Below are positions 1 to 10,029 of a stretch of 64,000 nucleotides of DNA, piece by piece. The stretch covers positions 110,666 to 174,665 of the forward strand of contig JBFWRP010000004.1 in assembly GCA_050248855.1 (NCBI GenBank). Reading direction: 5' to 3'. Below the pieces are notes generated by a model, which did no database searches, had not been told where the DNA came from, and worked only from the letters and a program-made list of their open reading frames with translations. Each line of letters opens with the position of its first letter. Within the stretch, counting starts at the first letter, position 1. The DNA is from Planctomycetota bacterium. Lineage in GTDB: Bacteria; Planctomycetota; PLA2; JAEUHO01. Made by a program: the position numbers and the translations under genes.

Positions 1-136
1 AGCGAGGCGACACGCATGCGGCGGCGCCGCTTGAGGTGCAGGTGGAGCACCACGAGCGGAACCGCCAGGAGCAGCGCGAAGAGGGCGCGCGGCTCCCCCA
101 CCGTCCACGCGGCCAGCGGGGCGAGGGCGTCGGTGC

Positions 137-1021
137 TCATCGGGCCGGCCTGCCCCAGCCCACGCCCAGCAAGCGCGGCAAGACCTCCCAGACCGGCGTG
201 CGCGCATCGACGCGCAGGTAGCGCACGCCGCGGCCCACGCACCACGCCTCGAGACGCCGCGCCCGACGCCGCCACGCCGACCGCACGGAGGCCTGGAGCT
301 CCTCGGTCACGTCCACCTTGCGCGTGGCCCCCGTCTCGGCGTCTTCGCAGAGCAGCGCCTGCCCCAGCGGCAAGTCGACGTCGGCCGCGTCCACGACGTG
401 CACGACCACGACATCCAGGCCGCGGGCGCGCAACAGCGCGATGCCGTCCACGCCGGCCCGCGCGTCGTGGAAGTCGGAGAGCACGACCGAGAGCGTCCGA
501 CGCCGCCGTCCCACGAGCGCGCGCGCCAAGTCCCCGGCCAGGTCCGTGCGGCCGCCGAGCGGCGCCGTCGCCACCTCGTCGAGCCAGCGCCCCGCCGCAC
601 CGCGGCCGGGGAACAACGCCGTGGCGCCGTCCGCCGTGGCGGGCAGCCAGGCGAGACGTACCCGGTCCAGCTGCGCGAGCGTCACGTAGCCGAGCGCGCC
701 CGCCAGGCGCCGTGCGGCGAACGACTTGGGCCCCTCCATGGACGGGCTGCGATCCAGGGCGACCAGGAGCTCCATCGCCTCCTCGGCTTCGAAGCGCTTG
801 ACCACGAGGTCGCCCAGGCGCGCATAGACGTTCCAGTCGACGTAGCGCAAGTCGTCGCCCGGCGCGTAGTCGCGGTGGTCGGCGAACAGGCCGCTCGCTC
901 CGAAGCGACGGCTCTGCCAATCCCCGGCCAGCGGTACGCCATGGGGCTTGGCAGGCTTCAACCGCAAGTTCTCCAGCCGCCGGCGCTCGGCGTCGGTGAA
1001 CAGCGGAGCCGGCGCCGTCAC
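137..1021 (-). CDS. DUF58 domain protein (MoxR-associated, VWA-like)
   Basis: Motifs FADHRDYAPGDDLRYVDWNVYAR and LDRSPSM are typical of DUF58. Confidence 0.85.
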   Translation of the reverse strand: MTAPAPLFTDAERRRLENLRLKPAKPHGVPLAGDWQSRRFGASGLFADHRDYAPGDDLRYVDWNVYARLGDLVVKRFEAEEAMELLVALDRSPSMEGPKSFAARRLAGALGYVTLAQLDRVRLAWLPATADGATALFPGRGAAGRWLDEVATAPLGGRTDLAGDLARALVGRRRRTLSVVLSDFHDARAGVDGIALLRARGLDVVVVHVVDAADVDLPLGQALLCEDAETGATRKVDVTEELQASVRSAWRRRARRLEAWCVGRGVRYLRVDARTPVWEVLPRLLGVGWGRPAR

Positions 1022-2307
1022 CGCCCCGCCTCGCTGCGACGCAGCCGCCTACGGAGCGCATCGAAGTAGCGCACGAGGAAGGCGCGCTCGTCCGGCGCGA
1101 GCCGCTCGCGCGCCAGCGCTTCCTCGGCGGAGCGCTCCAGCTCGGGCAAGGCCTGGTCCAAGGGTCGATACTGCGGCGCTTGCGTACCGGCGTCCGGATC
1201 GCGCACCGCGACCACGGCGTCCTCCTTCTGCATGGCCTCGGCGTCCGCGGTGAACGGCTCCACGACCTCGATGCGCGACGGAGGCTTGGGCTCGGGAGGC
1301 GGCGGCGGCTCCTCGCCCGTCTCGGGCGTCGGTTCCGGCGGCGGGGGTTCCGGAGGCGGCTCGGGCGGCGGCTCGTCGGCGCCCCCTCCGCCCCCGCCTG
1401 CGCCCTCGTGCACCTCGATCCATGCGCGGCCCACGAGCACCGGGTTGGCGACGAAGCGCGGTGCGCCCGGCACGGGCTCGACGAAGAGGTCCAAGCGGTG
1501 CTTGCCCGGGGTGACGCGCTCGCGCAGGCCGGGCACGTCGTCGAAGCGGACGTCCAACGGCAGGTCCAGCGCACGGCCGGGCTGCAGGAGCACGTCTTGG
1601 AGCACGAAGGGGCCGGCCTCGTCCCACGTCATCGCGAGGCGCGCCGAGACGGGAGCCGGGCGGCCGCTGCGGTCGCGCACGCCCAGGTCCGGCACGACGA
1701 AGGGGAACCGCAGTCGCATGCGCACGCCCGGCGCGTCCACGCCGAGGCGGAGCGGCGTCGCCGGGTCCAGGCGCGGCGTGCGACGGCTGACGGCGTCCGC
1801 GTCCAGCACCGGTGCGTCCTGCGCGATGGGACCGTACGCCGCGGCGCCGCGCGCCAACAGGTCCACGAGGGCCTCGCGCGAGGCGCGCCCCGGCGCTGCG
1901 GTCCAGCCCACCGCTTGCGCCAGGACACGCCCCTGCGGGTCGATCACGACATGCGTGGGGCTCTCGGCCAGCACGGCCTCCGTGGGCAGGAACTTGAGCG
2001 TGAGCGCGCACGCGAAGAGACGGCTGGCCGCGACGACCTCGGGATGGCGGTAGAGGTCGAGCCACGGGCCCAGCGCATGGGGCCATGTGGCCTCGCCCGT
2101 CGCCGGACGGGCGTGCAGCGCGATCCAGAGGGGACGACCGGCGTCGCGTGCCGCGGCGAGCGCATGCTCCACCTGGGCGAACCAGGCGACGCCGTCGGTG
2201 CGCGGGGACGCCGCATCGTCCTCGGCGCGGACCTCCGTGGGTGCGCCGGGCCACGCGCCGAGCAGGGCGACCAGCACGACGAGCCGCGTCCATCGACGGC
2301 GCCTCAC
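1018..2307 (-). CDS. Hypothetical exported protein with Gly/Pro-rich linker
   Basis: GTG start overlaps upstream TGA (GTGA 2307-2304); signal-peptide-like N-terminus; C-terminal ...LVRYFDAL helix. Confidence 0.6.
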   Translation of the reverse strand: MRRRRWTRLVVLVALLGAWPGAPTEVRAEDDAASPRTDGVAWFAQVEHALAAARDAGRPLWIALHARPATGEATWPHALGPWLDLYRHPEVVAASRLFACALTLKFLPTEAVLAESPTHVVIDPQGRVLAQAVGWTAAPGRASREALVDLLARGAAAYGPIAQDAPVLDADAVSRRTPRLDPATPLRLGVDAPGVRMRLRFPFVVPDLGVRDRSGRPAPVSARLAMTWDEAGPFVLQDVLLQPGRALDLPLDVRFDDVPGLRERVTPGKHRLDLFVEPVPGAPRFVANPVLVGRAWIEVHEGAGGGGGGADEPPPEPPPEPPPPEPTPETGEEPPPPPEPKPPSRIEVVEPFTADAEAMQKEDAVVAVRDPDAGTQAPQYRPLDQALPELERSAEEALARERLAPDERAFLVRYFDALRRRLRRSEAGR

Positions 2308-2987
2308 CGCGGCACGCTCCGCGGGGCATCGTCCGCAGGCAGGGCCTCGACGGGCAGCGGGTCGACCGCGAACCAGCGGAGCCAAAGCTCGGTGTCGAAG
2401 CGACCGCGGCCCGTGGTGGGATCGCCGTCGGGGGCGGCCAGACCCGTCTCGTCGCCGCGACCGATCCCGCGCTCGCCGAACAGGCCGTCCACACCGGGCG
2501 CCAGCAGCAGGAACGCGAAGAGCAGGGCCAGCAGCCGCCGCGGCCAGCGCATGCGGTCGGGCCCCCGACCGTTCGCGCCAGGAGGCGCCGCCGCCGCGAG
2601 CAGGCTCGCGGCCTGGCTCCCGAGCGCGCGGTCCACGCGGGTGCGCGGTGGGTCCACGTCCAGGGCGGTCGACGCCTGGTCCTTCAGGTCCAGCTGGTCG
2701 TCCAGCCGTCGCGCGAGGGCGGCGAGGTCGCGCCGCCCGGCGCCCAACGCCAGCAGGCGCAGGGGCCACGCGAGCAGCAGCAGACCCGCGGCGACGGCCA
2801 ACGTGGGCACGACGTGGCCTTCGAGCGACGAGAGCAGCGGCAAGGGGCGCAGCGCGCGGTTCGTGAAGGCCAGCACGCAAGCCGCCACCAGCACGAGGAG
2901 ATGCACGACCCGCTGACGTCGGCTGCCGCGGCGCAGCGCCATGCCGCGTCCGAGGCGGCCAAGCTGGGACGTGAGGGGCGAGGCCAC
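2304..2987 (-). CDS. Hypothetical membrane protein
   Basis: About three hydrophobic segments; LARRLDDQLDLKDQASTAL; translationally coupled to next gene; start uncertain (2987 or 2942). Confidence 0.55.
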   Translation of the reverse strand: MASPLTSQLGRLGRGMALRRGSRRQRVVHLLVLVAACVLAFTNRALRPLPLLSSLEGHVVPTLAVAAGLLLLAWPLRLLALGAGRRDLAALARRLDDQLDLKDQASTALDVDPPRTRVDRALGSQAASLLAAAAPPGANGRGPDRMRWPRRLLALLFAFLLLAPGVDGLFGERGIGRGDETGLAAPDGDPTTGRGRFDTELWLRWFAVDPLPVEALPADDAPRSVPR

Positions 2988-3111
2988 GCGCTGGGTTCCC
3001 GGGGTCGGAAGGCCGGTCAGCCTACCCCGGGGCCAACCGCCTCCCGGCGTGGTGACGAAACGGCGACCCACGTCGAGGCCCCCGTGGCCAGGTCACGGTA
3101 GGTTTGGGCCC

Positions 3112-3732
3112 ATGGACCAAGCCGAGCGGCAGATCATCGCCTGGCTGTGCATCCTCGTGGGCTCGTACTTCATGGCCAAGAGCGCCGTGAGCCGACGCGA
3201 CCGCGGCCAGATGCGCGAGCTGCTCGGCCTTCCGCTCGACAAGGTCAGGCGCTTCCGCGACTTCTTCGTCCAGCGCTTGGAGCGCATGGTCGGCTTCACG
3301 TTCGTGCTGATCGGCGTGGCCATCCACCTCTACGTGGTCGTGCGCCATCACCAGCGCGCCACCGGAGCCAGCAACCCCCAGGCGGCGCTCGCCCACATCA
3401 GCACGTACCTCGCCATCGCCATCGGCGCGATGTTCGTGATCACGGCGGCGATGCACTACATCTGCTCGTACTTCGCGCGGAAGATCTTCCTCGACATCCT
3501 CGGCTACCTGATGGTCCGGCAGCGCTACCGGCTCGGCGACGACCCCCGGCTCATGAAGCAGATCGGGGAGATGCTCGGCGTCGACCACGAAGACGCGGAC
3601 ACGGTCGAGTCCTACACGAAGCGCATCGAGGACGCGCTCAAGCTGGACACGATCCGTGCGGACCTGCTGCGTCAGGGCAAGCTGCCCGATCTCGACGCCC
3701 CGGGCGTGACGCGCGAGCCCCCCGTGCGGTAG
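3112..3732 (+). CDS. Hypothetical membrane protein (about 3 TM)
   Basis: ATG at 3112; protein-like composition with hydrophobic helices; strong GC3 bias. Confidence 0.7.
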   Translation: MDQAERQIIAWLCILVGSYFMAKSAVSRRDRGQMRELLGLPLDKVRRFRDFFVQRLERMVGFTFVLIGVAIHLYVVVRHHQRATGASNPQAALAHISTYLAIAIGAMFVITAAMHYICSYFARKIFLDILGYLMVRQRYRLGDDPRLMKQIGEMLGVDHEDADTVESYTKRIEDALKLDTIRADLLRQGKLPDLDAPGVTREPPVR

Positions 3733-3799
3733 CGAGCCGTCGGGCCCAGGCTCGGCCCTCGGCGGGCGGCGCGTAGGATGCGCCCCCGAGGAATCTCCG

Positions 3800-6256
3800 A
3801 TGCTCGACGAGCCCTACGAACCCAAGACGATCGACGCCTTCGCCCAGGATCTCTGGGACCGCGAAGGCGTCTACCGCTTCGACCCCGAGGCCCCGGGCGA
3901 GGTGTTCGGCGTCGACACGCCGCCGCCCACCGTGTCGGGCTCCCTCCACGTGGGCCACGTGTTCTCCTACACGCAGGCCGAGTGCATCGTCCGCTTCCAG
4001 CGCATGCGCGGCCGCAACGTGTTCTACCCGTTCGGCTTCGACGACAACGGCCTGCCCACGGAGCGTCTGGCGGAGAAGGAACACGGCGTGCTCGGCCGCG
4101 AGCTGCCGCGCGAGGAGTTCGTGCGCCTCTGCCGGGAGACGGCGGCCCGCTACGAGGCCGAGTTCGAAGCGCTCTGGCGAAGCCTCGGCATCTCCGCCGA
4201 CTGGTCGCTGCGCTACGGCACCATCGACGAGCGCTGCATCCGCATCAGCCAACGCGGCTTCCTCGACCTGCTCGACAAGGACCAGGCCTACCTCAAGACG
4301 AGCCCGACGCTCTGGGACACCGAGACGCAGACGGCCGTGGCCCAGGCCGAGCTCGACGACAAGCCGCAGCAGACCACGATGAACCGCCTGCGCTTCGACC
4401 TCGTGGACGGCGGCGCGGTCGAGATCGCCACCACGCGGCCCGAGCTGCTCGCGGCCTGTGTGGCGATGTTCGTGCATCCGAGCCATGCCCGCGCGAAGGA
4501 GCTGATCGGCCAGAGGGCGCGCGTGCCGCTGTTCGGCCACGAGGTGCTGATCCGCGCCGACGACAAGGTGGACCCGGAGAAGGGCACCGGCATCGTGATG
4601 TGCTGCACGTTCGGCGACAAGACCGACGTGGAGTGGTTCCAGAAGCACGGTCTGGAGCTGCGTCAGGCCATCGGGCGCGACGGCCGCATGACGGCGCTCG
4701 CCGGCCCCGAGGAAGGCCTGTTCGTGAAGCAGGCCCGGCGCGCCGTCCTGGAGCGCTTGGCGGCCGCCGGCCACGTGGTGGCCCAGGAGGCGATCGAGAA
4801 CGTGGTCAAGGTGTCCGAGCGCACGGGCCGCGAGATCGAGTTCCTCCCCACGCGCCAGTGGTTCGTCAAGGTGCTCGACAAGAAGGACGCGCTCGTCGAG
4901 CTGGGCGCCCGCATCCGCTGGTTCCCCGACCACATGGGCAAGCGTTACCGCAACTGGGTGGAAGGCCTGGAGTGGGACTGGTGCATCTCGCGCCAGCGGT
5001 TCTTCGGGGTGCCCTTCCCGGTCTGGTTCTGCGCCGACTGCGGCCACGTGTTCCGGGCGCCGGAGTCCTGGCTGCCGGTGCTCGACCACGACAACCACCG
5101 CGTCGAGGAGACCTGCCCTTCGTGCGGCGGCACCACGTGGGAGCCCGAACGCGACGTGATGGACACCTGGGCGACGTCCAGCGAGACGCCGTCCATCAAC
5201 CACCGCTGGGGCGAAGGCGGGGACGAGCGACGCGCGCCGCTCCCCATGGCGCTCCGACCGCAGGCCCACGACATCATCCGTACGTGGGCCTTCTACACGA
5301 TCGTCAAGTCGTGGGCCCACTTCGCGGACGTCCCCTGGCGCGACGTGATGGTGTCGGGCCACGTGCAGACGGCCAAGCGCGAGAAGATCAGCAAGAGCAA
5401 GTCCAACGCGCCTACCGACCCGCGCGAGATGATCGGCGCCCACGGCGCCGACGCCGTGCGCTACTGGGCCCTGTCGGCGACGCTCGGCAGCGACTACCAG
5501 TACAGCGAGGACGACCTGAAGCAGGGGCGTCGCCTCGGCGTCAAGCTGTGGAACGCCTCGCGCCTGGCGCGCCAGCACCTGGCCGACTTCGACCCGCGCG
5601 CCGAGCGGCCCGAAGACACGCCGATCGACGCATGGGTGCGCGGGCGACTCGCCGAGACGGTGCGCATCGCCACCGACCACCTCGAGCGCTACGAGTTCGG
5701 CTTGGCCAAGGGCGACGTGGAGCGGTTCTTCTGGGGCGAGCTCTGCGACAACTACCTGGAGATGATCAAGACGCGCCTCCACGGCGGCGAGAGCCCCGAG
5801 GCGAAGGCGGCCCGTCGGTCGGCGCAGGCCGGTCTGTACGACGTGCTGTCCGCCGTGCTGCGCCTGCTCTCGCCCTACGTGCCCCACGTCTGCGAGGTGA
5901 TCTGGCAGGAGCTGTTCCGCGACCGCGAGGGCGTAGTCTCCGTGACGGTGGCCCCCTGGCCCACGCCGATGCCCCCCGCCGATGCCGAGGCGGCCGAGGC
6001 CGACGGCGAGGCCGCCGTGGCCGCTCTCACGGCCGTCCGCCGCTGGCGCACGGAACGCAAGGTGGGCGCCGGCAAGCCGCTGGTCGGCGCGCGTCTGGCC
6101 TTGGGCGCCGAGGTGGCCCCGCGCTTCGAACGGGTGCGCGAGGCCATCGTGGCCGCCGCGCGTCTGGAGGACCTCGAGGTGCGCACGGACGCGAGCCTGC
6201 CGCCGGCCGAAGCCCGCCTGGAAGCCGCCGAGGTCGCGACGCCACCCGCGTCGTGA
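3800..6256 (+). CDS. valS: Valine--tRNA ligase (short, archaeal-type)
   Basis: DTPPPTVSGSLHVGH (HIGH), WDWCISRQRFFG, DVMDTWATSS, KISKS (KMSKS). Confidence 0.95.
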   Translation: MLDEPYEPKTIDAFAQDLWDREGVYRFDPEAPGEVFGVDTPPPTVSGSLHVGHVFSYTQAECIVRFQRMRGRNVFYPFGFDDNGLPTERLAEKEHGVLGRELPREEFVRLCRETAARYEAEFEALWRSLGISADWSLRYGTIDERCIRISQRGFLDLLDKDQAYLKTSPTLWDTETQTAVAQAELDDKPQQTTMNRLRFDLVDGGAVEIATTRPELLAACVAMFVHPSHARAKELIGQRARVPLFGHEVLIRADDKVDPEKGTGIVMCCTFGDKTDVEWFQKHGLELRQAIGRDGRMTALAGPEEGLFVKQARRAVLERLAAAGHVVAQEAIENVVKVSERTGREIEFLPTRQWFVKVLDKKDALVELGARIRWFPDHMGKRYRNWVEGLEWDWCISRQRFFGVPFPVWFCADCGHVFRAPESWLPVLDHDNHRVEETCPSCGGTTWEPERDVMDTWATSSETPSINHRWGEGGDERRAPLPMALRPQAHDIIRTWAFYTIVKSWAHFADVPWRDVMVSGHVQTAKREKISKSKSNAPTDPREMIGAHGADAVRYWALSATLGSDYQYSEDDLKQGRRLGVKLWNASRLARQHLADFDPRAERPEDTPIDAWVRGRLAETVRIATDHLERYEFGLAKGDVERFFWGELCDNYLEMIKTRLHGGESPEAKAARRSAQAGLYDVLSAVLRLLSPYVPHVCEVIWQELFRDREGVVSVTVAPWPTPMPPADAEAAEADGEAAVAALTAVRRWRTERKVGAGKPLVGARLALGAEVAPRFERVREAIVAAARLEDLEVRTDASLPPAEARLEAAEVATPPAS

Positions 6257-6349
6257 ACGCACGCCCCGGCCCGCAGGGGGGGACGGGGGGAACGAGCCGT
6301 AGACTCCGCCTTCCGCCCGGTGGGCGGACGCGAGGAGCCACGCTGCCGC

Positions 6350-7816
6350 ATGTGCGGATTCATCGGACTCGTCGGCCCCGACCACGCGGCCGGTCCCCTG
6401 GCCGAGGCGCTCCTGGTGCTGCAACACCGCGGCCAGGACGCCGCGGGCATCACCACCTTCGACGGTGACCAGTTCCACACCCACCGGGGTGCGGGGATGG
6501 TGCGCGAGATCTTCCGGCCCGACGGCCTCAAGGCCCTGGCCGGCCCGATCGCCATCGGCCACACGCGCTACCCCACCGTGGGGAGCGGCACGGCGGACGA
6601 CGCCCAGCCGCTCTACACGAACTCGCCGTTCGGCATCGCGATGGCACACAACGGCAACGTGACCAACTTCCCCGAGCTCAAAGCCGAGCTCTGCGAGAAG
6701 GACGGTCGGCGGCTCGCCACGAGCTGCGACGTCGAAGCCATCCTCAACGCGTTCGCCGCCGCGCTGCTCGGCCAGCAGAGGGGCACGCCGTGGCCGGAGA
6801 TGGCCTTCGCGGCCATGCGCGAGGTGTTCGCCCGTGTGCGCGGCTCGTACAGCGGCGTCGCCATCGTCGGCGGACGCGGTCTCGTCGCATTCCGGGACCC
6901 CTACGGCATCAAGCCGGCGGTGCTCGGCAAGCGCGTCGAGGGCACGCAGACCTGGTGGTGCGTGGCCAGCGAGAGCGCCGCCCTGACGGTGCTGGGCTTC
7001 GACATCGTGCGGGACCTCGACGCCGGCGAAGTCCTGCTGATCGACCCCGAGGGCGGGCTCCAGCACGAGGTCGTCGTACCGCGTGCGCACGTCCACCACC
7101 GCCCATGCGTCTTCGAGTTCATCTACTTCGCGCGCCCCGACAGCATCATGGACGAGATCAGCGTCTACAAGGCGCGGCTGCGCCTGGGCTCGGTGCTGGC
7201 CGAGCACGTCAAGCGGCGCGGCATCCTGCCCGACGTGGTCGTGCCCGTGCCGGACTCGGCGCGCCCGGCGGCGCTCGAGTGCGCGCGCGAGCTGGGCGTG
7301 CTGTACCGCGAGGGCCTGCTCAAGAACCGCTACGTCGGCCGCACCTTCATCATGGCGGGCCAGGGCAACCGGGCGAAGAACGTGCTCGCCAAGCTGACGC
7401 CCTTGCCCATGGAGCTCGAGGGCAAGAAGGTCCTGCTGGTCGACGACAGCGTCGTCCGCGGCACGACGACGCGCGCCGTCGTCGAGATGGTGCGCAAGGC
7501 GGGCGCCACCGAGGTCTACGTCGGCGTCGCCTCACCCAAGATCAAGCACCCCTGCGTGTACGGCATCGACATGCAGACCAAGGACGAGTTCCTCGCACGG
7601 CGCGAGACGACCGACGAGGGCATCGCCAAGGCCCTCGCGGCCGACGCGATCGTGTACGTCCCCATCGAGGAGATGGTCGAGGCCGTGCGCGGCCCCACCA
7701 CGCGCGTCACGTCCTTCTGCCGCGCGTGCATGGATGGCGACTACCCCACGGGGGACGTCACCCCCGCGGTGCTCGAGAACATCGAGTCCGAGCGAAGCCG
7801 CGCCGCGCGCGTGTGA
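6350..7816 (+). CDS. purF: Amidophosphoribosyltransferase
   Basis: MCGFIG N-terminal Cys, LQHRGQDAAG, HNGN, VDDSVVRGTT PRPP motif, four Fe-S-type Cys. Confidence 0.97.
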   Translation: MCGFIGLVGPDHAAGPLAEALLVLQHRGQDAAGITTFDGDQFHTHRGAGMVREIFRPDGLKALAGPIAIGHTRYPTVGSGTADDAQPLYTNSPFGIAMAHNGNVTNFPELKAELCEKDGRRLATSCDVEAILNAFAAALLGQQRGTPWPEMAFAAMREVFARVRGSYSGVAIVGGRGLVAFRDPYGIKPAVLGKRVEGTQTWWCVASESAALTVLGFDIVRDLDAGEVLLIDPEGGLQHEVVVPRAHVHHRPCVFEFIYFARPDSIMDEISVYKARLRLGSVLAEHVKRRGILPDVVVPVPDSARPAALECARELGVLYREGLLKNRYVGRTFIMAGQGNRAKNVLAKLTPLPMELEGKKVLLVDDSVVRGTTTRAVVEMVRKAGATEVYVGVASPKIKHPCVYGIDMQTKDEFLARRETTDEGIAKALAADAIVYVPIEEMVEAVRGPTTRVTSFCRACMDGDYPTGDVTPAVLENIESERSRAARV

Positions 7817-7819
7817 CGG

Positions 7820-9973
7820 CTACTTGATCCGCTCGAGCGCCGCGTCGATCGCGTCCGCCAGCTCGCCGTCGGCGCTCGCCCGTGCCGCCTCCAGCGTGGG
7901 TCGAGCGGCTTGGGCTGGCGCGCCCAGCGCACCGAGCGCCGCGGCGGCCTCCAGGCGATGGGCGGAACGCTCGCACGCCACGAGGCGGGCGATCGCATCC
8001 ACGGCCGGCGCCGCGTCCTCGCCGTAGGCGGCGAGCACGCGAAGCGCGGCGTCCGTGCCGCGGCCGATGCCCTCGAGCCCGTCCTCGAGGTGGCGCCCCA
8101 ACGCCTGGACCACCCGCGGTCGCCACGCGGGGCCCAGCGTCGCGATCACCGCGCCCGCGGCATCGCGCACCTCGGGCTGGCCGGCGTCGAGCTGGTCCAG
8201 GAGCAGCCGCAGGGCCTCGGGCACCCACTCGAGGAGATCGGGCAGCCGCTTCACGGCGGCCAGGCGGTCGTCGGTCGCGTTCCACTCGTCGAGCTCGGCA
8301 CGCGCCTTGGCCAGCCACTGCGTGGTCGGCGGTACCCGCTCGGCTTCCGGGACACCGGGCCGCACGAGCGGCGGTGCGCGCCCCCGGCGCCGGAGGTCCA
8401 TGTAGAGACCGCCCGAGCGGGTCGCACAGCCGCGGAGCAGCTCCTCGTCGTGGTCCTCCCCCACGCCCACCGTCAAGAGGACGGCGTCGACGGACAGGTT
8501 CCAGAGCTCGACGAGACGCAGGAGGGAACGCGTGCTCTGGAAGCGGCCTCGCGTGGGCGTCCCATCGGTCAGGAACACGATGGTGTCGGGCAGCTTCTTG
8601 AAGCGACCCGCCGCGGCGCCGCTGCCCAGGGCATCGTCGAACGCCTCGTGGAGCCCCGCCCAGATGTTGGTCAGCCAGCCCGACTTCTGGCGCAGGAGCC
8701 AGCTGATGGCCGAGCGACGCGAAGCATCGTTGACCTTCGTCGGGCCGCTGCGGAAACGTTCGGCCGCGTCCGAGTACACGACGATCTGGAACAGGGCTCC
8801 GTCCGGCAGGCCGCGCAGCGCACGCGCGACCTCGGCCTGCACCACGCCAAGCCTCGTCGCGGGCAGGCCGAGCTCGTCGCGCACCTCGCGGTTGCGGGCG
8901 TCGTCGAGCTCGAGCTCCTCTTCCATCGACGAGCTGAGGTCCACCAGGAACAGCACGTTCGTGGAGTCGAGCGGCAGGCTGAAGAAGGTCTCCACGGTGT
9001 GGGCACGCCCGGAGGAGCGCGTGGGCGGCTTGTAGGTCCCGTCGCGCACCGCCTCCTCGTTCTCCTTCCAGAACCTCTCCCACTCGGCGGGGTTGTCGGT
9101 GAAGCGGACGCCCAGGAGGCTGCCGAGCAACGCATCGACGCGCTGCGCCATGTCGCCGTCCTCGCGGGCCGCGGCCGCGACCAGCGGCGGAACCGCCATG
9201 TCGAGCGGGGCGCGCGCCAAGCCGTTCCAGGCACCCACCCGAACCTGCCAGAGGTCGTCGCCCGCCGCGCGCACGAGCGCGTCGTAGACGCTGCGACGCA
9301 GGACGGCGGGCTGGAGCGCCCGCACGGACGCCGCGCGGGTCAGCGGATCGGCGTGGTCCAACAAGGCGATCAGGGCCTCGATCGCCTCGTCGTCGCCCAA
9401 GGCCCCCAGCGCACGGATGTACCACTGGCGCACGAGCGGCGAGGACTCGGTCCGTGCGCCGCGCGTGATGGCGGCGACCGCGGCGGGGTCGCGGAACCTG
9501 GAGAAGGACTCCCCGGCCGTCTTCATGATCTCCAGGGCCAGGATCAGGTCCACGGCCTTGGCCTGCCACGCGCGCTGGACCAGCTCGTAGTAGCGCTTGG
9601 CGAGGTCGTAGAACTCGGCGCTGTTGCTGACGCGGGCCTGGCTCCAGTACCCCGCGGCCTCGGTGTAGTCCTCGTCCAGCTTGTCGAGATCCTTCGCCAA
9701 GCGGTCCATGTCCCGCGAGCAGGCGCGGATCGCGTCCTCCAGCGGCTGGACGGCGCCCGGGTCGTCGGACTCGGCCAGCAGGCGCACGCCCTGCAGGCGC
9801 TCGGCCAGGTCCTTCGAGCGCGACAGCTTGCGCCCTTCGACCAGCTGGTCGCGATCGGCGTGGGCCGCCGGGGCCCCGAGGAGGAGCGCAACGAGGAAGA
9901 GGGCCAGCCGCCGTGCGCCACGCGCTTGCGGCCACCGCGTCCACCTGTCCCGCCGCGTGTCCGCCGAACCCAT
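7820..9973 (-). CDS. Exported HEAT-repeat + VWA domain protein
   Basis: Signal peptide; HEAT-like repeats; MIDAS DLSSSM and FLTDG; SD AGGAGG before ATG 9973. Confidence 0.8.
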   Translation of the reverse strand: MGSADTRRDRWTRWPQARGARRLALFLVALLLGAPAAHADRDQLVEGRKLSRSKDLAERLQGVRLLAESDDPGAVQPLEDAIRACSRDMDRLAKDLDKLDEDYTEAAGYWSQARVSNSAEFYDLAKRYYELVQRAWQAKAVDLILALEIMKTAGESFSRFRDPAAVAAITRGARTESSPLVRQWYIRALGALGDDEAIEALIALLDHADPLTRAASVRALQPAVLRRSVYDALVRAAGDDLWQVRVGAWNGLARAPLDMAVPPLVAAAAREDGDMAQRVDALLGSLLGVRFTDNPAEWERFWKENEEAVRDGTYKPPTRSSGRAHTVETFFSLPLDSTNVLFLVDLSSSMEEELELDDARNREVRDELGLPATRLGVVQAEVARALRGLPDGALFQIVVYSDAAERFRSGPTKVNDASRRSAISWLLRQKSGWLTNIWAGLHEAFDDALGSGAAAGRFKKLPDTIVFLTDGTPTRGRFQSTRSLLRLVELWNLSVDAVLLTVGVGEDHDEELLRGCATRSGGLYMDLRRRGRAPPLVRPGVPEAERVPPTTQWLAKARAELDEWNATDDRLAAVKRLPDLLEWVPEALRLLLDQLDAGQPEVRDAAGAVIATLGPAWRPRVVQALGRHLEDGLEGIGRGTDAALRVLAAYGEDAAPAVDAIARLVACERSAHRLEAAAALGALGAPAQAARPTLEAARASADGELADAIDAALERIK

Positions 9974-10029
9974 GCGCCCCTCCTTGGCAAGGCGCCCAGC
10001 GTACGAAACGGGGCAGCCCCTCGCTCGCG

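Noticed and set aside
1280-1400. Repetitive GGC/CGG-rich DNA
   Set aside because: Explained by the encoded Gly/Pro/Glu linker
3733-3799. T-box leader for valS
   Set aside because: The intergenic gap is only about 67 bp with no T-box motif
3638-7207. Very long antisense and alternative-frame ORFs (also 9913-13044, 55622-58432 and many others)
   Set aside because: Shadow ORFs expected at this GC content opposite well-supported genes; Arg/Ala/Pro-rich with no motifs
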